NCBI GenBank assembly: GCA_963815325.1
Contig: CAWFGG010000011.1
Span: 70,645-134,644, forward strand
Reading direction: 5' to 3'
Source of the DNA: an uncultured Gemmatimonadales bacterium
GTDB taxonomy: Bacteria; Gemmatimonadota; Gemmatimonadetes; Gemmatimonadales; GWC2-71-9
DNA length: 64,000 nt
Shown: positions 54,127 to 63,179 of the stretch, one piece after another
How the letters are laid out: every line of letters starts with the position of its first letter
Numbering within the stretch: the stretch's first letter is position 1
Translations under genes and position numbers: made by a program
The notes under the pieces: model-generated
Told to the model about the DNA's origin: nothing
The model's database searches: none
The model's input: the letters and a program-made list of their open reading frames with translations, nothing else

Positions 54127-55587
54127 TCAACTCCCCGTGCCTCCCAACATCATCGCCCCCACTTCGTCACGGCTTGCGTGCGGCGGGACTTCGGTCACGG
54201 TTCCATCGGCGACGACCAGCACCCGGTTGGCGATCTGGAGCACCTCGTCGAGGTCACTCGAATAGAATAGCACGGCGGCACCCGCTTGGGCCGCCACGCG
54301 GAGCCTGGCCTCCACGGCCTGGGCCGCCCGGATATCGAGGCCTCGGGTTGGGTTCTCCGCCACCAACACCGCCGGCTCTTGCTCGAGCGCCCGCGCGATC
54401 ACCAGTCGTTGTTGGTTGCCTCCACTGAGACTGGCCGCCGGAACCCCGGGACCCGGTGCGTCCAGCTCGAAGTTCCGCAGAATATCGGCGGCGCCTTCTC
54501 GGGCGGTACGCCAGTCGATGCGTCTGAATCGGCGCCCGCGAACCCACGGCGCACTGCGATCGAGGCCGAGCACCAGGTTCTCCGTCAGGGAGAACTCGGG
54601 AATGAGGCCCTCGGTCGTCCGATCTTCAGGCACGAATCCAACCGGCCCTGTGACATCCAAGCGGCCGCGCAACGGCGGCAGCAACCCCACGACTGCACGC
54701 ATGAGTTCCCGCTGTCCGTTGCCCTCGACCGCTGCGATACCGACGATCTCACCCGCTCGCACGGAAAAGGTGGCCTGCAGCAGAGCGGTTCCTCCCCGCC
54801 CGTCCCGCGCCACATCGAGCGCCTCCGCCCGAATGCGCACCGCGCCTGGCGCCGCGGCCGGCGCCGGCCGTGACTCGGGCAATCGGCCACCGATCATGTA
54901 ACGCAGCACGCTGTCGGCGTCGACCTCCGCTGTCGGGCCCGAGAAGGTGACTTGCCCACGCCTGAGCACGGTGACGGTGTCGGCGGTCGCCATCGCTTCG
55001 CGCAGTTTATGGGTGATCAACACCGCCGAGCCACCGCGCTCGGTGAATCGGCGAACCACGCGGAGCAGCTCGGCCGCTTCGGCTGGGGCGAGAACCGCGG
55101 TCGGTTCGTCCAGCAGCAGAATGCGCACGTCGGTGGCCAGCGCCTTGACGATCTCGAGTCGCTGCTTGAGTGCGACAGGGAGCGTCCAGGCAGGTGCGTC
55201 CGGGTCCAGCGCCAGACCGACGCGTCGAAAGACGGCATCGACGCGGTTGGCCAGCTGTCTTGGCTTGGGACTCCAGCCGGCTGCCAGAGCAATGTTCTCG
55301 GCCACGCTGAGCGCGGGAACCGAGGTGAAGTGCTGGTGGACCATACCGATGCCGAGCCGACGCGCTTCGCGCGGAGACCGAAGTGGGCGTGCCACGCCGT
55401 CGACCAGGACGTCACCGCGGTCTGCGCCAACGAGGCCGAAGGCGATGTGCATCAGGGTGGACTTACCCGCCCCGTTTTCCCCGAGCAATGCGTGGACCTC
55501 CCCACGCCCAAGGGTAAAGTCGACACCGCGCACGGCATGAACCGCACCGAAGTGCTTGTGGATCCCGCGCAGGGTAAGCGGCAGCAT
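54127..55587 (-). CDS. ABC transporter ATP-binding protein with two ABC domains
   Basis: ATG 55587. GENGAGKST and LLLDEPT are in domain 1. LSGGNQQR and LVAENPTRGLD are in domain 2. Confidence 0.9.
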   Translation of the reverse strand: MLPLTLRGIHKHFGAVHAVRGVDFTLGRGEVHALLGENGAGKSTLMHIAFGLVGADRGDVLVDGVARPLRSPREARRLGIGMVHQHFTSVPALSVAENIALAAGWSPKPRQLANRVDAVFRRVGLALDPDAPAWTLPVALKQRLEIVKALATDVRILLLDEPTAVLAPAEAAELLRVVRRFTERGGSAVLITHKLREAMATADTVTVLRRGQVTFSGPTAEVDADSVLRYMIGGRLPESRPAPAAAPGAVRIRAEALDVARDGRGGTALLQATFSVRAGEIVGIAAVEGNGQRELMRAVVGLLPPLRGRLDVTGPVGFVPEDRTTEGLIPEFSLTENLVLGLDRSAPWVRGRRFRRIDWRTAREGAADILRNFELDAPGPGVPAASLSGGNQQRLVIARALEQEPAVLVAENPTRGLDIRAAQAVEARLRVAAQAGAAVLFYSSDLDEVLQIANRVLVVADGTVTEVPPHASRDEVGAMMLGGTGS

Positions 55588-55610
55588 GACGGGGGAACTC
55601 GGCGGGTGGG

Positions 55611-56384
55611 TCAGAGTCCCGTTGGGTAGGAGAGGAAGCTCCAGGGGAGGTTGAATTCGGCGGCAACTTTTCGAGCCAGCGCCTGGACGCCCAATTGTTC
55701 GGTGGCGTAGTGACCCGCGTACACCGTGTTGATGCCCCACTCCATGGCATCGAAGTAGGTGTGATGTGCCCCTTCCCCGGTGATGAACGTGTCGAGCCCG
55801 GCGTCCCGGGCAGCGGCAATCATGGAACCCGCACCACCGGTGATGATGCCCACTCGACCGACCTGCTCTGGCCCGCCTGGGAGCAGCAGCGAGCGGGTCC
55901 CCAACACCTGGTCGAGCCGTTCGACCAGTGCCTGACGTGACATCGATAGGGCGCCCCATACCCCGATAGGGACCCCAAGTTGATCCCCGAACCATCCAGA
56001 CACATCGAGCCCTATCGCCCGGGCAAGCTCCACGTTGTTGCCGACCTCCGGATGGATATCCAACGGCAGGTGGGCGCTGTAGAGGGCGATGTCACTCGCC
56101 AAGAGCCGCCGCACGCGGCGAATCCGGCGTCCCGTGAGAGGAATGTTGCCGTCCCAGAACAGCCCGTGATGTACCAACAAGAGCGGGGAGCCTTCGGAGG
56201 ACTTCTCGGCGACCCCGTCGATGGTGGCCTGGGAAGCGTCCACCGCCGCCACCACCCGATCGATCCGTCCGGAGTTCTCTACTTGGAGACCGTTGAGGGC
56301 GTTGGGATAATCAGGAACATCCTGGATTCCGAGATACTGATCAAGGAATTCCGTGACGATGCCGAGGGAAGCCTGCTTACTCAC
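55611..56384 (-). CDS. Nif3-like dinuclear metal centre protein
   Basis: NGLQVENSG, LLLVHHGLFW and YSAHLPLDIHPEVGNN are present. Confidence 0.85.
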   Translation of the reverse strand: MSKQASLGIVTEFLDQYLGIQDVPDYPNALNGLQVENSGRIDRVVAAVDASQATIDGVAEKSSEGSPLLLVHHGLFWDGNIPLTGRRIRRVRRLLASDIALYSAHLPLDIHPEVGNNVELARAIGLDVSGWFGDQLGVPIGVWGALSMSRQALVERLDQVLGTRSLLLPGGPEQVGRVGIITGGAGSMIAAARDAGLDTFITGEGAHHTYFDAMEWGINTVYAGHYATEQLGVQALARKVAAEFNLPWSFLSYPTGL

Positions 56385-56408
56385 GGCGTGGCCGACGCTG
56401 GTACCGGA

Positions 56409-57389
56409 TCAGGAGCAGGACCAAGAGCCGGATTCAGCAGGCCCCGCGAGATCGAATCCGCGGCGGCGGCGACCTGGGCACTCAGCGCCGTCGGGAATCA
56501 GCGCGGTCGTTCGTGGATTCACTGCATACCTGATGACGCCGCTGGCCAATCCGAAGCTCTCGACCCGTGGTGTGAACGTCCCGTCGATGACCTCACGGGC
56601 GACGGCCAAGAACGCTCTGGGCAGGTCGATGACCGCCGAGCCGAGCACGCGGTCGGGTGCGAGGTCGGACTGGTCGGCGTTCGCACCGAAGACGTAAACG
56701 GCCGGACTCTCCTTCACGGCTTGGAACACGCCGAGGGCGGCCGCGTCCGCATTGTGGTGGATCATGTCGGCACCGAGCCGAATGAGAGCGAGGGCTGCCT
56801 CGCGTCCCGCGGCAGCGTCTTCGAAGGTGTTGATATAGATGAGCCGGGGCTCGACCGCCGGGTTCACCGCGCGGGCGCCATTCACCCAGCCATCATAGGC
56901 GGAGCGGATCGGGGGAAGCTCGATGCCCCCGACGAACCCGATGATGCCGGTTTGGGTCATCCCCCCCGCGACCATGCCGGCCAGATAGCTCGCTTCCTCG
57001 AGCCGGAAGATCATAGGCGCCACCTGCCCCACGGTGCGGATGCCAGACGTAATGATGAAGACCGTCTCGGGGTATTCCATGGCGACCCGCTCGGCCATGT
57101 CCTGGAACTCGAACCCATGGCCGAAGACCAGGTCATAGCCCTGTGCCGCGTAGGTCCGTAGCGCTTCCTCTTGGGCGCCAGGGGTCTTGGCCTCGACATG
57201 ACTCACCTCGACACCCAGGCTGTCGCGGATCTGGGCGAGTCCCTGGTAGGCACCCGAATTCCACGCCGCGTCGGCGATGGACCCCGGGGTGATGAGTCCG
57301 ACCCGGAAGGCCGAGGAGCTATCATTGCCGCGGCAGCCGACCGCACCTATCGCCAGCATCAAGACAGCATGGCGCCAGTAACTAGACAC
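56409..57389 (-). CDS. BMP family ABC transporter substrate-binding lipoprotein
   Basis: Lipobox AIGAVGC. FRVGLITPGSIADAAWNSGAYQGL and GHGFEFQD are present. Confidence 0.85.
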   Translation of the reverse strand: MSSYWRHAVLMLAIGAVGCRGNDSSSAFRVGLITPGSIADAAWNSGAYQGLAQIRDSLGVEVSHVEAKTPGAQEEALRTYAAQGYDLVFGHGFEFQDMAERVAMEYPETVFIITSGIRTVGQVAPMIFRLEEASYLAGMVAGGMTQTGIIGFVGGIELPPIRSAYDGWVNGARAVNPAVEPRLIYINTFEDAAAGREAALALIRLGADMIHHNADAAALGVFQAVKESPAVYVFGANADQSDLAPDRVLGSAVIDLPRAFLAVAREVIDGTFTPRVESFGLASGVIRYAVNPRTTALIPDGAECPGRRRRGFDLAGPAESGSWSCS

Positions 57390-57413
57390 TCGGACTCCGG
57401 CAGAAGAGGGCGA

Positions 57414-57842
57414 TCATTCCGAAGGTGGGGCGCCACCGTCGATTACGTCGGCCTTCTCCACCGCGCTGGCGTCCATCTTGATTTCTCCGTTCACGCGCCC
57501 GCCTTCGAGCATGACGATCCGGCGCGAGGTGATGTCGCCGTTGATGAGCGCCGTGGCCTGGATCTCGACCCGGTCCTCGGCTCGGATCGCGCCGCTCACC
57601 TCGCCGCCAATGATGGCCTCTTTGGTCTGAATGTCTCCTTCGATCAGCGCCTCGGTCGAGACCAACACTTGGGTGCCTGCCCGAACGGAACCTTGGACCC
57701 GTCCCTCGACTTTGACCACGCCGGACGTTTCGAGATCGCCGATGACGGTCAGGTCGCTCGCAATGATCGATAACGAAGCTGGCTGGGTGCTGCGTCGCGG
57801 AGGCTCTGCGCCTTCGCGAGCCGGCTCTTTGAACATGGCCAT
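57414..57842 (-). CDS. bactofilin
   Basis: A repetitive beta-helix pattern is present: VIGDLETSGVVKVEGRVQGSV...IEGDIQTKEAIIGGEVSGAI...INGDITSRRIVMLEGGRVNGEI. The ATG overlaps the M23 stop (TGATG). Confidence 0.85.
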   Translation of the reverse strand: MAMFKEPAREGAEPPRRSTQPASLSIIASDLTVIGDLETSGVVKVEGRVQGSVRAGTQVLVSTEALIEGDIQTKEAIIGGEVSGAIRAEDRVEIQATALINGDITSRRIVMLEGGRVNGEIKMDASAVEKADVIDGGAPPSE

Positions 57843-58642
57843 CAGCGAGTTTCCTCCTGAACCAGGGTCAGCGGGTCGAGCGAGCGGCCTTCGCGGCGGA
57901 TTTCGAGGTGCAGGTGGGGTGCACTGGAGCGGCCGCTGTTTCCTGAGAGCCCGATCACTTGACCGGCCGAAACGGAGTCTCCCACCGCCACGGTCACGCG
58001 CGAGAGGTGACCGTACATCGACTGGTAGCCCTCGGGATGCTCGAGCAACACGAAGAGCCCGTACACTTCAGGGTCCGACCCGGCATCGAGCACCCGACCC
58101 CCGCCGACCGCCCGAACCGGGCTTCCGATGGACACGGCCACATCGATGCCGGGGTGTGCTTCGTCGCGCGTGTCCGCTCCGATTTGGCCGCGGGTGACGT
58201 AGCCCTCTTCGTCGAGTGGCCAGTGTTTCGGAATCGAGGCCCCCGACTCGAACCGGGGCGCAGCACCAGGGGGCCGAGCCTCGATGGGCAGCGCGACGGG
58301 CACCGTCGGGGCGAATCCCACCGGCTCGCGGATGATGTCCGCCCCCATCATTTCCCGAAGCTGGTAGTAGCGGGCTTCCGCGTCTTCGAGTGCCCGGGCC
58401 AGGGTATGCACTTGGGCGTTGTCCGCTTCCAGTCGTGCGATATCACGTTTGAGACCGGGAACGCTGGCGGCGGCTCGCACGATGGGGCCATAAAAGAAGA
58501 GAATCGCGGCAAGGCCTAACAGTAACAGGGTTGCCGCCACCGCTCCTGCGACCAGGGCTCGCTGGGAGAATCGCAGACTGCGTGACGCCAGCTCCCCGTC
58601 ACGGTGCACGACGATCGTGACTCCACGACCGGAACGCGTCAT
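57842..58642 (-). CDS. membrane-anchored coiled-coil M23 (LytM) metallopeptidase
   Basis: The TM helix is AGAVAATLLLLGLAAILFF. A coiled coil is present (IARLEADNAQVHTLARALEDAEARYYQL). HPGIDV and SSAPHLHLE zinc ligands are intact. Confidence 0.85.
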   Translation of the reverse strand: MTRSGRGVTIVVHRDGELASRSLRFSQRALVAGAVAATLLLLGLAAILFFYGPIVRAAASVPGLKRDIARLEADNAQVHTLARALEDAEARYYQLREMMGADIIREPVGFAPTVPVALPIEARPPGAAPRFESGASIPKHWPLDEEGYVTRGQIGADTRDEAHPGIDVAVSIGSPVRAVGGGRVLDAGSDPEVYGLFVLLEHPEGYQSMYGHLSRVTVAVGDSVSAGQVIGLSGNSGRSSAPHLHLEIRREGRSLDPLTLVQEETR

Positions 58643-59520
58643 CCGTCGAATGGCCTCCCCAACACGACTTCGAGAATCCGGGCCAGGTCGTCATTGGAAT
58701 AGTAGCTGATGGTCAAGAGCCCTCGCCCGCGCCGCCGCGCGGTGAGTCGCACGTCGGTTTGGAGCCGTTCCCGGAGGGCCTCTTCGATGCGCCGCGCCTC
58801 GGTCGTCGCGGCCTGAGGCTTGACGGGCTTCTTGCCGCGTGACTTGGGTCCGGCGGTGCCGCTTCGGACATGGTTCTCCATATCCCGCACGGACCATCCA
58901 TTGGCCACGGCTTCCCGCGCGAGACGCAGCATGGCGGGAGCGCTCGTGAGCGCGAGGAGCGGCCGGACATGTCCGGCGGAGAGCTCGCCTCTGCCGACCA
59001 TGTCCTGCACTGCTTCCGGCAAGTTCAGCAAGCGAACGGTATTCGCCACGGTCGAGCGGTCGCGGCCGACCAGCCGGGCAACCTCGGCCAGTGACTGGTC
59101 AAATTCGTCTGCCAGTCGTTGATAGCCCCGCGCCTCTTCGATGGGCGAGAGGTTGTCGCGCTGTAGGTTCTCGATCAATGCCAGGGTCAGCAAGGTGCGG
59201 TCATCGACCTCACGTACGACGGCCGGCAGGCTCTTCCAACCCAAGCGTTGGATAGCACGCCAGCGCCGTTCGCCGGCAATAAGTTGATAGCCGTCGCCCG
59301 CAGGTCGCACCAGCACCGGCTGGAGGAGACCCGACGCCTGAATCGAATCGGTCAGCTCTTGCAGCGCCTGGTCATCAATTGCTTCGCGGGGCTGATACGG
59401 GTTGGGGCGAATGGCGATCGTGGGCAGCTCGCGGAGACTGCCTTCGCGCGCGGCTTCTTCTCGCGTGATTGGGCCGAGCAGCGCCTCGAGTCCGCGTCCC
59501 AGGCGGCGCGTTTCAGTCAT
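58639..59520 (-). CDS. parB: chromosome partitioning protein ParB/Spo0J
   Basis: GLLQPVLVRP, LIAGERRWRA and ALIENLQR are present. ATGA overlaps occur at both ends. Confidence 0.92.
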   Translation of the reverse strand: MTETRRLGRGLEALLGPITREEAAREGSLRELPTIAIRPNPYQPREAIDDQALQELTDSIQASGLLQPVLVRPAGDGYQLIAGERRWRAIQRLGWKSLPAVVREVDDRTLLTLALIENLQRDNLSPIEEARGYQRLADEFDQSLAEVARLVGRDRSTVANTVRLLNLPEAVQDMVGRGELSAGHVRPLLALTSAPAMLRLAREAVANGWSVRDMENHVRSGTAGPKSRGKKPVKPQAATTEARRIEEALRERLQTDVRLTARRRGRGLLTISYYSNDDLARILEVVLGRPFDG

Positions 59521-60326
59521 CGAGTTATCTCCGAGATCGACGGGGTCTCTAACGGCAACGATGGTCGTCGCCGTACCAGTTCTTGCGCCAACGCGATGTA
59601 GCGCTTCGCGCCGACAGATTGCACGTCATACAAGAGAATGGGCTTCCCGAAGCTCGGCGCCTCCGCGAGTCGGACATTCCTGGGAATCACCGTCCGAAAG
59701 ACCTTCGGTCCGAAGTACTCGTTGGCGTCCTGCGCCACCTGTCGCGAGAGATTCAGCCGCGAGTCGTACATCGTGAGCACCACGCCATCGATGGCCAACA
59801 ACAAATTGAAGTTCTGTTGCACCACTCGAATCGTGTTGAGCAGTTGAGACATGCCTTCGAGGGCGTAGTACTCACATTGAATCGGAATGAGCACCGAGTC
59901 CGCCGCGGCCAAGACGTTGAGCGTCAGAAGGCCGAGCGACGGCGGGCAATCGATTAGAACGAATTCATAGGCACTCGTCGCACCGGACAGTGCGCGCCGG
60001 AGCATCGTCTCTCGGTCTGGCCGGTCGACCAGCTCGACTTCCGCGCCGACCAGGTCCTGGGTCGCGGGCACCACGTCGAGGGCGGGCAGGGTCGGATGGC
60101 TGAGAATGGCGTCGGCCAGCGGCCGGCCTTCGATCAACACGTCGTAGAGCGAGTGGCCAATTCGCTCGCGCGGGATTCCAACTCCGCTGGTGGCATTGGC
60201 TTGCGGATCTGCGTCGATCAGGAGCGTGGGATGCTCGGCCGCGGCCAGCGAGGCGGCGAGGTTGACCGCAGTCGTGGTCTTGCCCACACCACCCTTCTGA
60301 TTGGCGATCGCGACGATGCGGTTCAT
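59517..60326 (-). CDS. parA: chromosome partitioning ATPase ParA/Soj
   Basis: The deviant Walker A motif is KGGVGKTT, and DCPPSLG is also present. Confidence 0.92.
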   Translation of the reverse strand: MNRIVAIANQKGGVGKTTTAVNLAASLAAAEHPTLLIDADPQANATSGVGIPRERIGHSLYDVLIEGRPLADAILSHPTLPALDVVPATQDLVGAEVELVDRPDRETMLRRALSGATSAYEFVLIDCPPSLGLLTLNVLAAADSVLIPIQCEYYALEGMSQLLNTIRVVQQNFNLLLAIDGVVLTMYDSRLNLSRQVAQDANEYFGPKVFRTVIPRNVRLAEAPSFGKPILLYDVQSVGAKRYIALAQELVRRRPSLPLETPSISEITR

Positions 60327-60505
60327 GGCTACCTAAGATATTGGTAGATATACGCTTATGAGCTAAAATGTCTCATGGCTGTCGGTCGGGTTCGACTCGT
60401 TCTGAAGAGATTCGGAATATATGCTCAGGCGAGCGAGAGGCAATGACGAGCCTGGGGGGGGCATCGGGGCGTACCCCAAGAGACCCCATGGGGGACCTGG
60501 TGGGG

Positions 60506-60521
60506 TGTTTCACGTGAAACA
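60506..60521. other. parS: parS centromere-like site
   Basis: TGTTTCACGTGAAACA is the perfectly symmetric form of the canonical 16-bp parS consensus. It forms the centre of a perfect 36-bp palindrome at 60496-60531. Confidence 0.85.
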
Positions 60522-60536
60522 CCCCACCAGGAGGCT

Positions 60537-62415
60537 TCAATCTGAGGCCGGAGCGGTCCGTTTTCGCCAGCGAAGGACTTCCACGACCAAGCCCTGGAGA
60601 TCGCTCGGCGAAACGCCCGGGATGCGGCTCGCCTGGCCCAGGGTCCTTGGCCGCACGACCTCGAGTTTCTCCCTAGCTTCGTACGACAGGCTGGCCAGCG
60701 GGCGGTACGCGATCCCGTCGGGCAACTCGAAGTGGTCCATTTTGGCGAGCCGCTCAGCCGCTGCCTGTTCCCGCACAATGTAGCCGGCATAGCGCAGCTC
60801 GATGGCGGCCCATTCCACCTCTTCCTGTGAGAAATCGAACCCAGCAGCCTCCATCAAGTCGTGGAGCGAAATACCGGGCCGCTTGGCCAGGTCGGCCAGC
60901 CGGACAGGCTCGCTGACCAACGCCGATTCCGCTCGGGCGAGTATCGGGTTGGCCAGTTCAGGGTCGAGCGTGGCAGCGCGCGCCGATTCCTCGACCTGCT
61001 CTTCCAGCTCGAGTCGCGCCTCCATGGTGCGTCGCTCGGCATCCGAGAGCAGGCCGAGCTCTGCGGCCAAGACCCCAAGGCGGCGCAGCGCGTTGTCCTG
61101 CCGCAGCAGCAGGCGATACTCGGCCCGGCTGGTGAACAGCCGGTAGGGTTCGTCTACTCCCCGCTGAATGAGGTCGTCCACCAAGACCCCGATCATGGCC
61201 TGGTTACGCCGAAGGACCACCTCTTCCCGGCCCAGCGCCGAGTGGGCGGCGTTGAGGCCCGCAATGACGCCCTGGCCAGCGGCCTCCTCGTATCCCGTGG
61301 TCCCGTTGACCTGACCGGCCAAGAACAGCCCCGGCAGCTGTTTCACCTCGAGGGTCTGGGATAGTTGGGTCGGCGGGAAGTAGTCGTACTCGATGGCATA
61401 GCCCGGCCTGGTCATCTTTACGCCTTCGAGCCCAGGCACCGCGCGGAGGAAGGCAAGCTGGACTCGCCGGCGGCAGCGACGTCGAGAGTCCGTTGACGTA
61501 CATCTCGGACGTGTCCAGGCCCTCCGGCTCGAGGAAGACCTGGTGACGCTCGGCGGTGGGAAACTTGACCACCTTGTCCTCGATCGACGGGCAATACCGC
61601 GGCCCGCGGCCGCTGATCGCTCCGCCATAGAGCGCGGACTCGCCGATGTGTTCGCTGATGATCTCCTTGACCTCGCCGCCGGCCCACGTGATGTAGCAGG
61701 GGAGTTGACGCGGATGCCCACCACGCTCGAAGAAGGAAAACCAATACGGCCCAGGCTCCCCGTCCTGGCGCTCCATGCGCGCCAGGTCCACGCTCCGTCC
61801 ATCAATTCGAGGCGGGGTGCCAGTCTTGAAGCGTTCTACTGTAAGTCCATTGTTTTCAAGTACTTGCGCAAGCTCTATCGTGGGGCTTTCGCCGGCCCGC
61901 CCGGCGGGAATCTGCGCGCCGAGGCCCATGTGGATCCGGCCACGGAGGAAGGTGCCGGCGGTCACGACGATCGACTTGGTCTCGAACCGACGGCCATCCG
62001 CCGTGGTCACTCCGCTGACACGTCCGCCGATGATTTGCAGCTGCGAGACGGTGCCTTGAACCACGTCCAGTCCAGTCTGGCGCTCGAGCAGGCTGCGCAC
62101 CGCCCGGCGGTAGAGTCCCCGGTCGCACTGGGCCCGCGGAGACCACACCGCCGGGCCCTTCGAGCGGTTCAGCATCCGGAACTGGATCCGGGCGAGATCG
62201 GTGGCCCGGCCCATGATCCCGCCAAACGCGTCGACTTCGCGCGCAACGGTGCCCTTGGCGATCCCGCCGATGGCGGGATTGCACGACATCTGCCCGATGG
62301 TCTCGAGGTTCTGGGTGAGGAGCAGAGTGCTGGCTCCGGCGCGCGCGGCGACGGTAGCCGCCTCGCTCCCGGCGTGTCCACCGCCGATCACGATCACATC
62401 GTAGCGCGCATTCAT
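60537..62415 (-). pseudogene. mnmG: tRNA uridine 5-carboxymethylaminomethyl modification enzyme MnmG (GidA), reading frame broken once
   Basis: The N-terminal ORF (62415 down to ~61475) reads YDVIVIGGGHAGSEAA ... [11 protein letters not shown]. The C-terminal ORF continues in another frame with [30 protein letters not shown] to the stop at 60537. The junction lies in the GCCGCCGG run near 61466-61476. Confidence 0.85.
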
Positions 62416-62435
62416 GAGGCAGTGAATCTAACGAC

Positions 62436-62471
62436 GAGCCCCCCGCCGGAGGCTAGTCAGGCGGGGGGCTC
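62436..62471 (-). terminator. GC-rich hairpin between the repeat-protein gene and mnmG
   Basis: A perfect 12-bp stem GAGCCCCCCGCC / GGCGGGGGGCTC with a 12-nt loop. On the minus strand it is followed by GTCGTTAGATTC, which is only moderately T-rich. It ends 20 nt before the mnmG ATG. Confidence 0.4.
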
Positions 62472-62494
62472 GGCACAGAGGTGGCGGATCTCGG

Positions 62495-63088
62495 CTACTG
62501 GGATTCGCCGGCCGAGTCGGCGTCTTCCTCGGGAAAGATCACCGAGGTGGTGGGGAAGGTGGCGGTAGGGCCACCCTCGGCGTCGATGCCCAGGCCGGAC
62601 CGACTGACGCCGAGCGTATCCGCGAACACCAGCGTCGAGGAGCCATCGGCGCTCAGGCCGAGGACCGCACGAGCTCGTCCACTGCCGTCCGCCAACACCA
62701 AGGTCGACGTCTCGTCCTCGAGTAGGCCGAGCACGATACGCGCCCGCTCCGTCGTGTCTGCGAAGGTGACGGCGGAGGATCCATCCGCGAGCAGGTTGAT
62801 CTTCAGCATCGAGCGCCCGTTCTGGTCTCGAAGTACCAGGCGGACCGTTCCATCTTCGGCTGTACCCCAAATGCCACGCACCCGTCCCTCGGCGTCACGC
62901 AGCAGATACTGCCGCGATTCAACCACGCTGTTGACCGTTCCCGGCATGCCCCGTTTCGCGCTGATATACACGAGGGCTGCGGCCAAGCCAAGAATGACGC
63001 CGACGGTGACCAGGCTCGTAAGGCTGAGGCGCTTGGCTCGGCTTGCGTCTCGCTCAATCTCGGCCACGCGGTGCATGATCGCCCGCAC
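62495..63088 (-). CDS. membrane-anchored protein with about five tandem ~22-aa repeats
   Basis: GAGGAA ribosome-binding site plus GTG 63088 (ATG 63076 is also possible). The TM helix is LTSLVTVGVILGLAAALVYI. Repeats of the type xxLVLxDxxGxxRxxLGxxxDGS are present. Confidence 0.6.
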   Translation of the reverse strand: MRAIMHRVAEIERDASRAKRLSLTSLVTVGVILGLAAALVYISAKRGMPGTVNSVVESRQYLLRDAEGRVRGIWGTAEDGTVRLVLRDQNGRSMLKINLLADGSSAVTFADTTERARIVLGLLEDETSTLVLADGSGRARAVLGLSADGSSTLVFADTLGVSRSGLGIDAEGGPTATFPTTSVIFPEEDADSAGESQ

Positions 63089-63179
63089 GCCGGATTCCTC
63101 GGTCGGAGATGATGCCTGGCTCTTGTGGATGGGACATGGCGCCCCCTCGGTTCAGCGTCCTACGGGCCCGCGAGCGGTG

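Noticed and set aside
60381-60402. GGGTTCGACTC, a tRNA T-loop-like sequence
   Set aside because: The flanking bases cannot form a 5-bp T-stem (TCGGG versus CGTTC). No acceptor or anticodon arms are evident.
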